Shown piece by piece: positions 1 through 12,303 of a stretch of 64,000 nucleotides of DNA (position 1 is its first letter; each line of letters begins with the position of its first letter). The translations under genes and the position numbers were made by a program. Source of the stretch: Amphiscolops sp. MND2022 (lineage: Eukaryota). The stretch is from contig OZ076421.1 in assembly GCA_964187785.1 (NCBI GenBank), forward strand, positions 41,106,001 to 41,170,000, given 5' to 3'. Below the pieces are notes generated by a model that saw nothing but the letters and a program-made list of their open reading frames with translations, was not told the origin of the DNA and made no database searches.

Positions 1-3000
1 GCAACTATTCATCTCCAAAATAGATCTAGACTACTCATACGGCCAAATGAAGTTATCCGAAGAAACTCGCCGGCAATGCGTAATTGCATTAACCGGAAAG
101 AAAATTAGCAGCAACTATAGATTCAAAAAAGGTTTTACAGACTTGCTGATATACCCACAAAATTCCGCGAAAAAAGTGACCGAACACTCGGCTATAGCAC
201 CCCAGCATGGCTAGTCTATATAATAATAGTAACACGCGGAAAAACACCGGACCACAAAAAGAAACTATTTGACGTCGTAAACAAGTTAGAGAAAGCCGGT
301 TATCGAGCTAGCAAGAAAAAATCAGAGTTCTTCATGGAACAAACAAAATAGTTGGGCCACGGAACTGATGAGAACGGAAAAAAACCGAACGAAGAAACAG
401 TAGAAGTCATATTAAAACTGAATCCATCGAAGAACACAAACGAACTGGAATCATTTCTCGGAGCGATACAATATATGGGAAAACTCCTACCTAAACTCTC
501 GAAAAGAACGGATTGGCTCCGGAAACTGTTGAAAAAAAAAACGAAACATGGAATTATGGAACCGAGCAAGATGAAGATTTCAAGAAAATAAAGCAGATGC
601 TAACTGAAGGCTGATGTTTAGCACACTACGCGAAGGACAAAGATCATATTGTAAAAACCGATGCACGCACAACCGGATTGGGATTTACATTATGTCAAAA
701 ACAAGACAACGGAAACACAAAACCGATAGCTTACGGCAGTAGAAATTTGGACGATACCAAAAAGAAATATTCAATCGATGAATTAGAACTCCGGTAGTAG
801 TGTGGGGATTAGCGAAATTCTGATTTTATCTCTACGGAAAAAATTCACCTATTCACTAATCACGAAGCTTTAGAACCGTTAATCAAAAGAAACCGGAGGA
901 ATAAACTAACAGTGCGAGTTTAACGAGTTGTTTAGATCGCCTAAAGCATTTTGATATATCAATACAGCATATTGCCAGTAACAATTTGCAGTTTACCGAT
1001 TACCTCAGCAGAAATCCGGTAGGGGGAGCCATGCCGTAAGAGAATTACGATGAAGAATACGTAATTAACATATTGGCCGAACAAGCCGAATTGAATCTAA
1101 AATACGGACAATTGTTCAGGGACCAATCACAATGCAACAACTGCAGCACTGAAAGAATAAAGAACGATTCCGAACACAAAACTGAGCATAAAACGGACCA
1201 ATCACAATCAAATGGATTGTTCAAGAACAAAAACCAGGTGAACGAAACTGAACAAAATAAAAGAGCAACATCCGGGCAGTCCGAAATTAGCACTTTGAAA
1301 GACAGTCAAACATCAAAAGCTGAAAACTTTGTCAAAATTGATCGCGGAAACTTTTACCATTGGGAGCTACCTGAGAAATAATGGATAAAAATAGAAGGAG
1401 AAACAACATCTCGGAGACAAGAAGATTAGTAGATTCTAACTATGCACTATCTCGGCCTGGTACATTGAGACGCCGGTGTGATCACCAGACGCAACGTACG
1501 GTTTTTGATCCGTCACGGCCAAACAAGCCCAGTAGAAAAGAGATTGATGATATTGACGCCGAATTGATCCGGAGAGCAAATAGACTGGGGGCTGTTATCA
1601 ACCGATACTCGAAGAGCAAGAAGAACAACCGGACGAAATACGGGAAGAAGGAGAGCTCGAACAAGAAAACAACGAGACGGAAGAAGACAGTATAATCATG
1701 CGGGGCGATAATTTACCGATCGTGGTTTTGACTAAATACAATACAGACGGTAAAGAAGCGAAGTATATTCAGATTATTCATATCGTTGGAAAACTAACCG
1801 CAAACAAGTAGGCCACAGAAGAGCACATCAAAAGTGCAGAATTTGAATTCATGATGAATTTGAAAACGCTGATATCAAAAACAGCAATCGACCCGGAACT
1901 AACCCGAGTGAGAAATAGCATGCGCACGCGAAGACAAAGAAACTATCCCGGACGGCTATCGTACAGCATTCGACAAACTGTCGATCAGATGGGGCCTATT
2001 ATTCGTCGACGAATAAATCGTCGTTCCCATTGATCTCACGCGGCGACTACTAGACACTTCGGTCACTCCGGCATCACGAAAATGACGTCCGAAGCCAAAA
2101 AAATTCTGGTGGTCGAATATGAAGCAAGACATTGAAAGAAAAGTCAATGACTGCACAGCATGTCTGGCATCAGGTAAAAACCTTAAATACAAATTACCAA
2201 AAAAAACATTACCGAAAACTAGAAAAACTATCCGAACCCGGACAAGAAATACAAATTGATTTCACCGGAAAATTACACAACACAATTCGAAGCGGAGAAA
2301 CACAAATAATCATTGCGTAGATAGATTTATCAAGTGGCCGACAGCGAAAGTTTGCAAAATTTCGATACAAAAGAAGTAACAAATTTTCTGTCTAGTAATT
2401 TTAATTTGTACGGAATACCGCCTAAGATAAAATCCGGCAAAAGGGGGCATTCATTTCAAAAGAATACCGACAATTTTGCAAAAACCGGAATATAGAAAAA
2501 GAATATTGTACACCCCGAATGCATACCGGAAACCATATGTCAAAAACAAGACAACGGAAACACAAAACCGATAGCTTACGGCAGTAGAAATTTGGACGAT
2601 ACCAAAAAGAAATATTCAATCGATGAATTAAAACTCTGGTAGTAGTGTGGGGGTTAGCGAAATTCTGATTTTATCTCTACGGAAAAAATTCACCTATTCA
2701 CTAATCACGAAGCTTTAGAACCGTTAATCAAAAGAAACCGGAGGAATAAACTAACAGTGCGAGTTTAACGAGTTGTTCAGATCGCCTAAAGCATTTTGAT
2801 ATATCAATACAGCATATTGCCAGTAGCTATTTGCAGTTTACCGATTACCTCAGCAGAAATCCGGTAGGGGGAGCCATGTCGGAAGAGAATTACGATGAAG
2901 AATACGTAATTAACATATTGGCCGAACAAGCCGAATTGAATCTAAAATACGGACAATTGTTCAGGGACCAATCACAATGCAACAACTGCAGCACTGAAAG

Positions 3001-5300
3001 AATAAAGAACGATTCCGAACACAAAACTGAGCATAAAACGGACCAATCGCAATCAAATGGATTGTTCAAGAACAAAAACCAGGTGAACGAAACTGAACAA
3101 AATAAAAAAGAGCAACATCCGGGCGGTCCGAAATTAGCACTTTGAAAGACAGTCAAACATCAAAAGCTGAAAACTTTGACAAAATTGATCGCGGAAACTT
3201 TTACCATTGGGAGCTACCTGAGAAAGAATGGATAAAAATAGAAGGAGAAACAACATCTCGGAGACAAGAAGATTAGTAGATTCTAACTATGCACTATCTC
3301 GGCCTGGTACATTGAGACGCCGGTGTGATCACCAGACGCAACGTACGGTTTTTGATCCGTCACGGCCAAACAAGCCCAGTAGAGAAGAGATTGATGATAT
3401 TGACGCCGAATTGATCCGGAGAGCAAATAGACTGGAGGCTGTTATCAACCGATACTCGAAGAGCAAGAAGAACAACCGGACGAAATACGGGAAGTAGGAG
3501 AGCTCGAACAAGAAAACAACGAGACGGAAGAAGACAGTATAATCATGCGGGGCGATAATTTACCGATCGTGGTTTTGACTAAATACAATACAGACGGTAA
3601 AGAAGCGAAGTATATTCAGAATATTCATATCGTTGGAAAACTAACCGCAAACAAGTAGGCCACAGAAGAGCACATCAAAAGTGCAGAATTTGAATTCATG
3701 ATGAATTTGAAAACGCTGATATCAAAAACAGCAATCGACCCGGAGCTAACCCGAGTGAGAAATAGCATGCGCACGCGAAGACAAAGAAACTATCCCGGTC
3801 GGCTATCGTACAGCATTCGACAAACTGTCGATCAGAAGGGGCCTATTATTCGTCGACGAATAAATCGTCGTTCCCATTGATCTCACGCGGCGACTACTAG
3901 ACACTTCGGTCACTCCGGCATCACGAAAACGACGTCCGAAGTCAAAAAATTCTGGTGGTCGAATATGAAGCAAGACATTGAAAGAAAAGTCAATGACTGC
4001 ACAGCATGTCTGGCATCAGGTAAAAACCTTAAATACAAATTACCAAAAAAAAACATTACTGAAAACTAGAAAAACTATCCGAACCCGGACAAGAAATACA
4101 AATTGAGTTCACCGGAAAATGACACAACATAATTCGAAGCGGAGAAACACAAATACTCATTGCGTAGATAGATTTATCAAGTGGCCGACAGCGAAAGTTT
4201 GCAAAATTTCGATACAAAAGAAGTAACAAATTTTCTGTCTAGTAATTTTAATTTGTACGGAATACCGCCTAAGATAAAATCCGGCAAAAGGGGGCATTCA
4301 TTTCAAAAGAATACCGACAATTTTGCAAAAACCGGAATATAGAGAAAGAATATTGTACACCCCGAATGCATACCGGAAACGGAGTAGTGGAGAGAGCGAT
4401 CCAAACAATTGAAAATCTAATAATAGCAAATATGGAGGACGGACTTTTCCTAACCGAAAGCGTAAATCGGGCGCTACGGGTAACGCGTTTTACCATACAT
4501 ACGTGAATAAAAATAACACCTTTCGAGCTACACCACGGAAGAAAACCGAGAACCGAATTAACGAATATCGTTAAAGACGGTAAAACATACTTGTCTAATT
4601 GGTCGGAAATGACAGTTTCAGCTTCGGATAGACTGCAAATCCCAATCTTTGTAGGCCGAGATGCGGAAGGCGAAATATCCAACCACATCATAATGGCGAA
4701 GACAAAGAATGAAGAGAAACAGATGGATGAAAACGTAAAGTCACCGGAGAAGAAAAATTCGGTTAGATGTCCCTTTTCATTTGTCGAAAAGAAATATTAC
4801 ACAAAATCCCTAGAAGGGAGGTTCCAAACTAAAATACAAACCGCAATTGGCGGAACCGAGAGTACCGTAAAAACGGACACTGCAAAACATTTAACCGAAA
4901 ATTCATTTCGGGACCATTATTTCAGACCGAAAGGAAAACACGAAGAGAGCCGGCCATCAACACCAACGGTGAAATCAATCCAAAAAACAGGCACTGTCTC
5001 CGAGGTCTTGATGGCAAATACAGCAGATGGGACGAAATGCGCCGTGGCATCTTAAACGGAAAATTGAAGATTGTCCAAATTAGAAAACAAACGGGAAGCG
5101 ATACAGAGAAAGAAGATGATGAGAATGAAGAGATGCCGGAAGAAACCGGGACACCAACACCGAAAGTGTATGATAACTTCAAACAGTACGGACGATATGC
5201 GCCAATCCGGACAAACCCGGAAGAGGACGCATCATAAGACGGCCGGGCCGAGATAGTAAAAAACCGAATAGATACAGTATATAAGTACCATATACTGGAA
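1..5300 (+). mobile_element. Decayed Gypsy/Ty3 LTR retrotransposon (family 1): RT, RNase H, integrase and 3' region, frameshifted
   Basis: Frameshifted segments read as Gypsy RT (KIDLDYSYGQMKL at the start; ELESFLGAIQYMGK in ORF 352-591), RNase H (KTDA..GLG, KPIAYGSR, LQFTDYLSR) and integrase (QEIQIDFTG, GVVERAIQT). Many stops. Confidence 0.9.
691..4380 (+). repeat. Direct tandem duplication of ~1.84 kb inside Gypsy pol (691-2533 and 2536-4380)
   Basis: tatgtcaaaaacaagacaacgg starts at 691 and 2536; both copies end ...gcataccggaaac (2533, 4380); 2-nt 'ca' filler at the junction; duplicated ORFs 1381/3228 and 1851/3698 in the ORF track. Confidence 0.95.
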
Positions 5301-5478
5301 ATGTTTGGGGTTAAAAATAAAATGACTAAAAGAACACTGTGTTTGTTACAGGAAACCTGTGGACCCGAACAAAAGGAACACCACTGCCGGAAAAAATTCA
5401 GAAGCATGCGGATTTTCTGCCAGACGGAGGAACGCCTCAAGGACACTCAAATCAAAATCGAAAAGATAGAGGGGGAAT

Positions 5479-5712
5479 TGTTACATTCGGGTTCTTTCCG
5501 GTTCATGACCTTGCCGAGATTCGGTTCTTGAACTACAAGTTTTTATTTATGTGTCTAGAGTACCTGTTAGTGTTGATAAATACACGCTACAACCATACTA
5601 AATTAGATACATCATTTTCTATACTTTGGTATCTACAGTACAGACATATATAAAGAGATCCTCTTTTAGTAACTTTTCTTTTCTTAACTCCAGAGTTTGT
5701 TAAAATAGAACA
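5479..5712 (+). repeat. Gypsy family-1 LTR (234 bp), preceded by PPT (5461-5477) and followed by PBS (5713-~5729)
   Basis: aaaagatagagggggaa polypurine tract, then TGTTAC...AGAACA, then TGGCGCCGTCAGCC (TGG start complementary to tRNA CCA) and a gag-like ORF 55 nt later. Confidence 0.8.
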
Positions 5713-5767
5713 TGGCGCCGTCAGCCAACTTTTAAACAAATTGAAACCTTCTTAACAAACCGAAACC

Positions 5768-6062
5768 ATGACAGAAAAGAACATAGTACCAAACCTCGAA
5801 ACTAAAGCCACAGACGGAAATCCGCTATTTACACCGAGACAATGGCTAGAAAGATTCAAACAATTCACAAAACGGGAACATAAAATTGATATTACACCTT
5901 TACTAAAAGCAGAAGAAATAACTGACTCCGGTTGGGCTGCAAAAGAACAAGCAATACAAGAAGATTTTAACTGGGGAGTAGGACCAGAAGCACTTTTCCA
6001 GATAACCCGAGCAGAAAACAAGACAGATCTGGACAGTATAAAAATCAAAGACCTAATCCGGG
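5768..6062 (+). pseudogene. Gypsy gag N-terminal fragment of a second tandem copy, truncated
   Basis: ATG directly downstream of PBS (MTEKNIVPNLETK...WLERFKQFTKREHK...); cut at ~6062 by an LTR fragment. Confidence 0.65.
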
Positions 6063-6116
6063 TCCTCTTTTAGTAACCTTTCTTTTCTTAACCCCAGAGT
6101 TTGTTACAATGGTACA
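6063..6116 (+). repeat. 3' (U5) fragment of the family-1 LTR
   Basis: tcctcttttagtaacctttcttttcttaaccccagagtttgttacaatggtaca aligns to 5659-5712 and ends in ACA. Confidence 0.85.
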
Positions 6117-6386
6117 ATTAGAAGCTTTTATCTGTGAATCAGTGTGAAAAGTAGGACTATGTGTCAAGATCGAATATTTAATTGAAAAAAAATTCATCGA
6201 GAACGATTTAGACAAATTGTTATACGTGTTGAGCAATCAATTACAAATTTTGTTGAAAACAGTTTTGAAGCCCAACTCTCAAACTTTTATTGCTTTCGTT
6301 TTCTAAGAACATGAATGCTTGGCATCCACACCTAAAAAAGACACTTTTGGAAAGGTGTTGTGCCTTGAGCAATGTGGATGCAACTG

Positions 6387-6853
6387 TTTTTAGTCGGCGC
6401 CTTTTCCCTTAAGGAAAAAAGCCCGACTCTTACAGTGAGTAGTTTTTTTTTTGTTTTTTTCAGTTGACAATCTCACTCTGAGTGGTCCACTTTTCTTACA
6501 ATTCTTACAATTTTCAAAATCTTACAATTATTACTTAGCAAAATTAAAATACTGGCGCAAAAGTAGTTTTTATATCATCTAAGGGTCCCCAAAGGGTATT
6601 TTCGGCACTGTGCGACTTTTTTTCGAAAAAATTTTTATTGTTCCAAAAGGGTCCCCCCTTCGAGTTTTTTCATATTTTGCAACTGAATGTATGTTAATAC
6701 ATCACAAAGGGTCCCCCCTTTTACATTTTTCGGCACTATGCGACTTTTTTTGAAAGAATTTTTTTTTCAAAAATTCATGTTTTTTTCCAAAAAATTTTTT
6801 TGCGCTTTTTGAGCCTTAGATATGGCGCCGACTTTGGACGTTCTCGTCTTGTT
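6387..6853 (+). mobile_element. Non-autonomous Helentron-associated (HINE/DINE-1-like) element, copy 1
   Basis: 5' subterminal IR AGTCGGCGCC (6392-6401) with partial IR CCGACT (6423-6428); 3' subTIR GGCGCCGACT (6824-6833); terminal hairpin GACG-ttct-CGTC; T-rich ends; internal aagggtccccc minisatellite. Confidence 0.7.
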
Positions 6854-8188
6854 CATGTTTAGCAAAGCAGCTCGAAATGCAAAGAACCAAAATGTTAGCC
6901 TGGTGTCTTGTCATTACCTAGTCATCGTGCCGATGGTTCCCGAAAATCTGAAAAGTTCCCATTTTGTTCAAGAGTATCAGTTTTGTTCAAGAAGCTATCA
7001 ACAAATCCTGAAGTGTATTTAAAGTTGCCAATCGACACCGTGTTCGCAGCCGAGCGCAAACATGAACTAAATGTAATTCAACTCTATATCCTGTTTGACC
7101 GCTTGTCAGCGACAACTTAGCGTTTAGCAACCACACATACTAGCAAGGGTCGTTTCCTGCATCAACTATCTTCAGCACTACTGCCTTTGTCAAAAAACGA
7201 TCATCAAATTTGTTACTATGGCCAAGTATTTCATGCCAATGTTTAATTCTTGCAGATGTGCCATGCAGAGTTTACATGAGCTTTATCAATAAGACTTCAG
7301 CAGAAAACATCTACCATTCTATCATAGAGATCTATGTGAGGAATCTTATCACAGTGTGGAGGCTCCTCTTTGGTTTGTTCAACCTTTTGATTAAAACTAT
7401 CACATCTGACCTCTCATTTCGAATAGTACGTTCGACTCCTTTTTTGCAAACGTCCAAGTCTCTGATCAATTCAGCGGTCTGTGTCAAGTGACTCTTCCAA
7501 CCACTGTTCTCAAAAACATTAGATTCCTAGATGAGAACTAGTTGAATGGTTCGAAAGGAAACTTTGTATTTCAAGGGTAGTGTCAACGCCACTTCGTTCC
7601 TTTTAAAAACGTTTATTTTGATGAGCGGACTCACGCCCAGTTCTTTTCCGACCTATTTATTTTTGGGTGTTCATTTGCCATTTGATCTTATTGGCCACAT
7701 TCGCAACACACAACGCCAGAGTTTTTGCTCTGCTTTCGCTTTGTTGGTTGTCAGGTTTCCCACTATTGGATCATTTCACGCGCTCAGTGGAACGAACTTA
7801 GACGTACATTGGTTTGAAACTACACTTTTCACTAACAGAATTAAAGAGATTTCGTGTTAGACATGCGAATGCTTCAACTACATGTGAAAACCTTAAAACC
7901 GTTACAAAAGAGGCAAAGCTGGTCTGCAAACTAGGGAGCGTGGCATTTGCTCTCGTACTTCTGTCGGAAATTGATTAGATTAAGCTGAACTTCCTCAACT
8001 CTCATTAAAAAATGGGAATCCTTTCATTTGATTTCGTTTCCGGTTTCATTACTTTATTCAAAATTGAGAGCTACGAGGATGTTCATTACATTTGAAACTG
8101 TCTTGCACTATTTTCAAAACTTGAGCATCTTCGCAGTTTCAAGTAAACCTACTGATTTTTTAAATCTACACATTGCACTAGCTGAGTA

Positions 8189-8889
8189 TTTTTAGTCGGC
8201 GCTTCATGAAGTGAAACGCGACTATTATAGTGACTCTTTTTTTCTCAATCCACACGAACTGACCAAAATAGTTCTATAAAGTTCTACGAATTTTTATGGT
8301 GTCAAATTGAACCACTTGGCCCAGCGAACCTAACCAGGAAGGGTTTTCGTTTTTTCCCGCGTAACATACAATACCGGGCGAGACTGAAGGGTCCCCCTTT
8401 CAGTTTTTTTCGGCACTAGGAGACATTTTTGTTCGAAAGAAAAATTTTCCTCAAAGAGTCCCCCCTTCAATTTGTCTTGATGTTTTGCGACAGAATGGAT
8501 AATGAAAATCCCAAAGGGTCCCCCGTTCAGTTTTTTCCAGCATTTCGAGATTTTTCCCGAAAATAAAAATTTTTCACCCATTCACTTTTTTGATGTTTTG
8601 CGACACAGTGGATGTTGAAAAACCCCGAAGGTTCCCCCTAATTAGTTTTTCGGCCTCCTCAGACTTTTTTCGAACGTTTTTTCTCCAAGGGGGCCCCTCT
8701 TCAACTGCGACAAAAATGTTGACAGTGTCGAAAGGGTTCTCTATTCGCGGTAGCGGGCCCTGGCGCTTAATTCGGTCCATTTGTTTTGTTTTTTGAGTAC
8801 TGTAAAAGACAATACTTGACACTTTGAAGGTCGTTTTGTTATTTTTGAGCCTTGGATATGTCGCCAATTTATGCCGCTCCCGGCTTGTT
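8189..8889 (+). mobile_element. HINE-like element, copy 2 (diverged)
   Basis: tttttAGTCGGCGC at 8189-8202 with 5' hairpin; same aagggtccccc internal repeats; 3' end gagccttggatatgtcgcc followed by hairpin GCCG-ctcc-CGGC and ttgtt. Confidence 0.65.
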
Positions 8890-9394
8890 TCTGAAGCACT
8901 TCAGGATGGACATTTTTAGTAAATTCTGGCATCATGATTTCTGAGCAATTTTTCTGAAATGTCTCAATTAGACGATAAGTCTGTTAGTACTTCTTTGGTG
9001 AGTATTTTCATTCACATCGTTTCAGCAGAGATTTTCAAAGCGTTTTTCGAGCGCAGATTTGGTGTGAGAGTTTGGAAAATTAGGGCGTTTTGCACTTCTA
9101 CCGAAAACGCTCCCTGAAGAAGCTTCCATCGGGAATCCGTTACTGGTCTTGAATAAAATCCCGAATGTCGGCAGACCACGGGTTCAATTGCTGATGATCG
9201 GACTGGCTCAATGTCTGGCCTTTTTTTCATTTCTAGGTCGGTGCATGGATGATAGCTTGTGGTCGCAGCATTCCGTCTTTTGACGATGTTTCCTTTAACC
9301 ATGAAATACCCGGCTTATTCTGTCTAGTTATCGGATTACTCTTACTGATTTTTTGATCGACATAAACAATTTATTCTAATTTTAGCATCGATCT

Positions 9395-12303
9395 CTGTAC
9401 TTGAGCTCAATATATTTGGACAAAGTCATCAAAGCAGACCAATGCGCCCAATATGTTGATGACATTGGCATCGCAGCCAATAATGCCGAACAACTCATTA
9501 ACAACCTTAGGGCCACATTTCAGTGCATTCAGCAAGCTGGTCTCAAACTTACAATGCACAAATGCCACTTTGGAGCAACAGAGATCAGTTTTCTGGGACG
9601 TACCATCACTCCTGCTGGAGTGAAGCCGCAAAGACCACGGGTCCAAAACTTCCCAGAAAATACGAAAATCCCGAAATCAAAAAAGGCAACCATACTTGGG
9701 AACGTTACTTGGGATTCCTCAAGTACTATCGGATTTACATCCCGAGGCTCTCGGAAAAACTAACGCCATTTTTCAAACTACTTACTAATGATGAAAAAGT
9801 CCTAGTAACACCGGACTTATTGGAAAAATTCACTGAAATCAATAAGGCTCTTGACCGATGTTGTGAACTAGCGCTCAAACAACCCTAACCGAACAAGCAA
9901 ATAGCCCTCATGACTGGCGCTGGCTTTTCGGCCGCAGGGTACGCAGTTATCATCGAAGATGACCCCCTCGAGAAGTATACTTCAACGAGGAAAACCTTCG
10001 CGCCAGTAGTTTACGGTTCCAAGACCTTTAGCCCTGCCCAACTGAAAATGTCCATCTACGCGAAGGAGTTCCTGGCAATTTTCTTTGCCTTCAAGGAATT
10101 CGGACAAATCGTTTGGGGAACCCGGAAACCGGTGATCATACTGACCGACAAAAAATCTGTCACACAATTTTTTCAAACAAAAATCATTCCTCCAACACTC
10201 TGGAACGCATGTGACTAGGACATACAGTTCAACTTCACAATTGCCCACATTCCAGGCAAAAACAATACAGCTGCTGACTACTTGTCCCGTCTCAAAAACT
10301 CTCCAAGAGAAAAATTGATCCTCAGAATTAGAGAAGATATCCCAACAACACCGATTGAACTTCACGTCCAATCAGCAGGTGTGTCAGAAGAGGAACAAAT
10401 TTTTTACACGGAGGACGACGATGAAACAGAAGAACAAATTTTGCAATGCAAAAAGGAAGCTAGGGAACATCCAGCAAATCAACTTCCTGACATTTCGTTC
10501 GAAAAATTTACTACACACAAGAGCGATTACCACAAACTCTCTACACTACAAAAACGATCATACACAAATTCTATAGCAGTAGAGCAACACAATGACGTCA
10601 TTCTGCAACAACTGCGCCTTAAAATTTTGAAATAAAGCTACCCTGAGACCATCTTATTGCAAGATACTCGTTACCAACATTACTGTCGCCAAATGGACCG
10701 ACTGTCCGTTTCGGAGGAAATTATCACCAGACAGTATTTTGATGAAACGGGATCTGTCAAATACAATCAAGAGCTATTACCAAAACTTCTGGTCCAAGAA
10801 CTACTTGCATCCCTACACGGAAAGGCTAATAAACACCCGGGAATATCCAAGATGCTCGTAGAAAATCGTCACAAATATTACTATCTTGGCATCGCAAAAA
10901 TTGTTTAAAAATGGGTACAATGATGTGAAATAAAAGACAAAAGTATTCCAAACTCATCCGTAACGACCGAACTGCCTAATCTGCCCGAATGGGACTTAGG
11001 TCCCGAAGATGCAATGCAAATCGATTTATTACCAAACCTACCTCCAAGTGGCGGATACGAAAACATCATAACTACAAAGGACGTGTTTTCAAGATATCTT
11101 TTTGCATACCCAGTTACCGACGCCTAGGCCACGAATACGGTTAAGGTCATTATTGACATAATGACAAAACATACATCTTTGCCCACTACTTTGATCACGG
11201 ACAAGGGAACGGCCTTTACGTCCAAATTGGTAGCAGAACATGCTCAAGTTTTGGGAATTCAAATGAAATGCGCAACTACAAAACATCCGCCAACAATTGG
11301 CAAACTGGAGCGTACTCATGCTAGTCTCAAAACGAATCTCAAGATGGCCTCAGGGGACTACCGGCGACATTGGCATAATTATTTTCCTCTAGCAGTATTA
11401 AACTATAATACGACCTATCACGCCACCCTAGGATGCGAGCCATCCAAAATTTTTTATGGACGAATCCCATACAACATCCTAGATCACAAATTGGGCTTTA
11501 ATCCAAACCCGAAGGTCTTTGCGACTACAGATTTTGCAGACGAATTTCAGCGCCGCAGGCAAAAATTACTAGATTGCACAAAGAAAAACAATATGCAATC
11601 CTATTTGTAGTACCAGGAATATTATGACCGAAGGCCAAAGCGGCTCCTTTGAAACAAAACGACTATTGTTTTATACTACAACCTATTGCCGACCACCAGG
11701 GATCGAAAATTCCGTTCCGTGAATACCGATGGAAAGGACCCTATATTGTGGAAAAGTCTCACCAAGAGAATATACATAGTTAGAAAACTAAACTCCAACA
11801 AAACGCAAATCCTACATCGCATCAGATTATGTAAATACGAACCGAACACCGTCCTACAAGACATTAGGCCGGAAGGCAATTTGCAACCGGGTGATTAAAT
11901 TATTATTCCGCAAGATCATCTATATGTCATCACGTGGGAACCCAATTTTAGAGAATTCCCCCACTCAATTCAAGAAGTCACAATTCCTACACGTCTAGAT
12001 AATACCGACACTTCTAATGGCATTGCCGACAACGACAGCCCACCAGACGCAATTTTCACAGATGTGGACTTAGGTCCACCGGGCTACAGGAAGATGACAA
12101 CTTCGAATTGCCTGAAATGAGACGCACCGAACGCTTAAACGACACGCATGATGACCTACAATCATCAGGAGGGAGCGATACTATCGTGTCCGAAGTATTA
12201 GATGATGATATGATTGTAGAAAACGAAACGAAAGCCTAGGGGAGGAAGATATAACCTTCGACCTAACCCCACCCCCAACTTTACTGAAGAATACAGATAC
12301 TAG
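9395..12303 (+). pseudogene. Gypsy pol (RT-RNase H-integrase), frameshifted
   Basis: AQYVDDIGI (RT), AGFSAAGYAV..KEFLAIFFAFKEFG (RNase H), integrase HHCC region (LHGKANKHPGI), MQIDLLP, LITDKGTAFTS, GKLERTHASLK; ends GRYNLRPNPTPNFTEEYRY-stop at 12301-12303. Confidence 0.92.

Noticed and set aside
6860-8185. Short ORFs on both strands between HINE copies 1 and 2
   Set aside because: Manual translation of several frames gave no recognisable motif or sustained frame; left unannotated.
8890-9390. Minus-strand 96-aa ORF (9012-9302)
   Set aside because: No domain signature, splice structure or repeat support.
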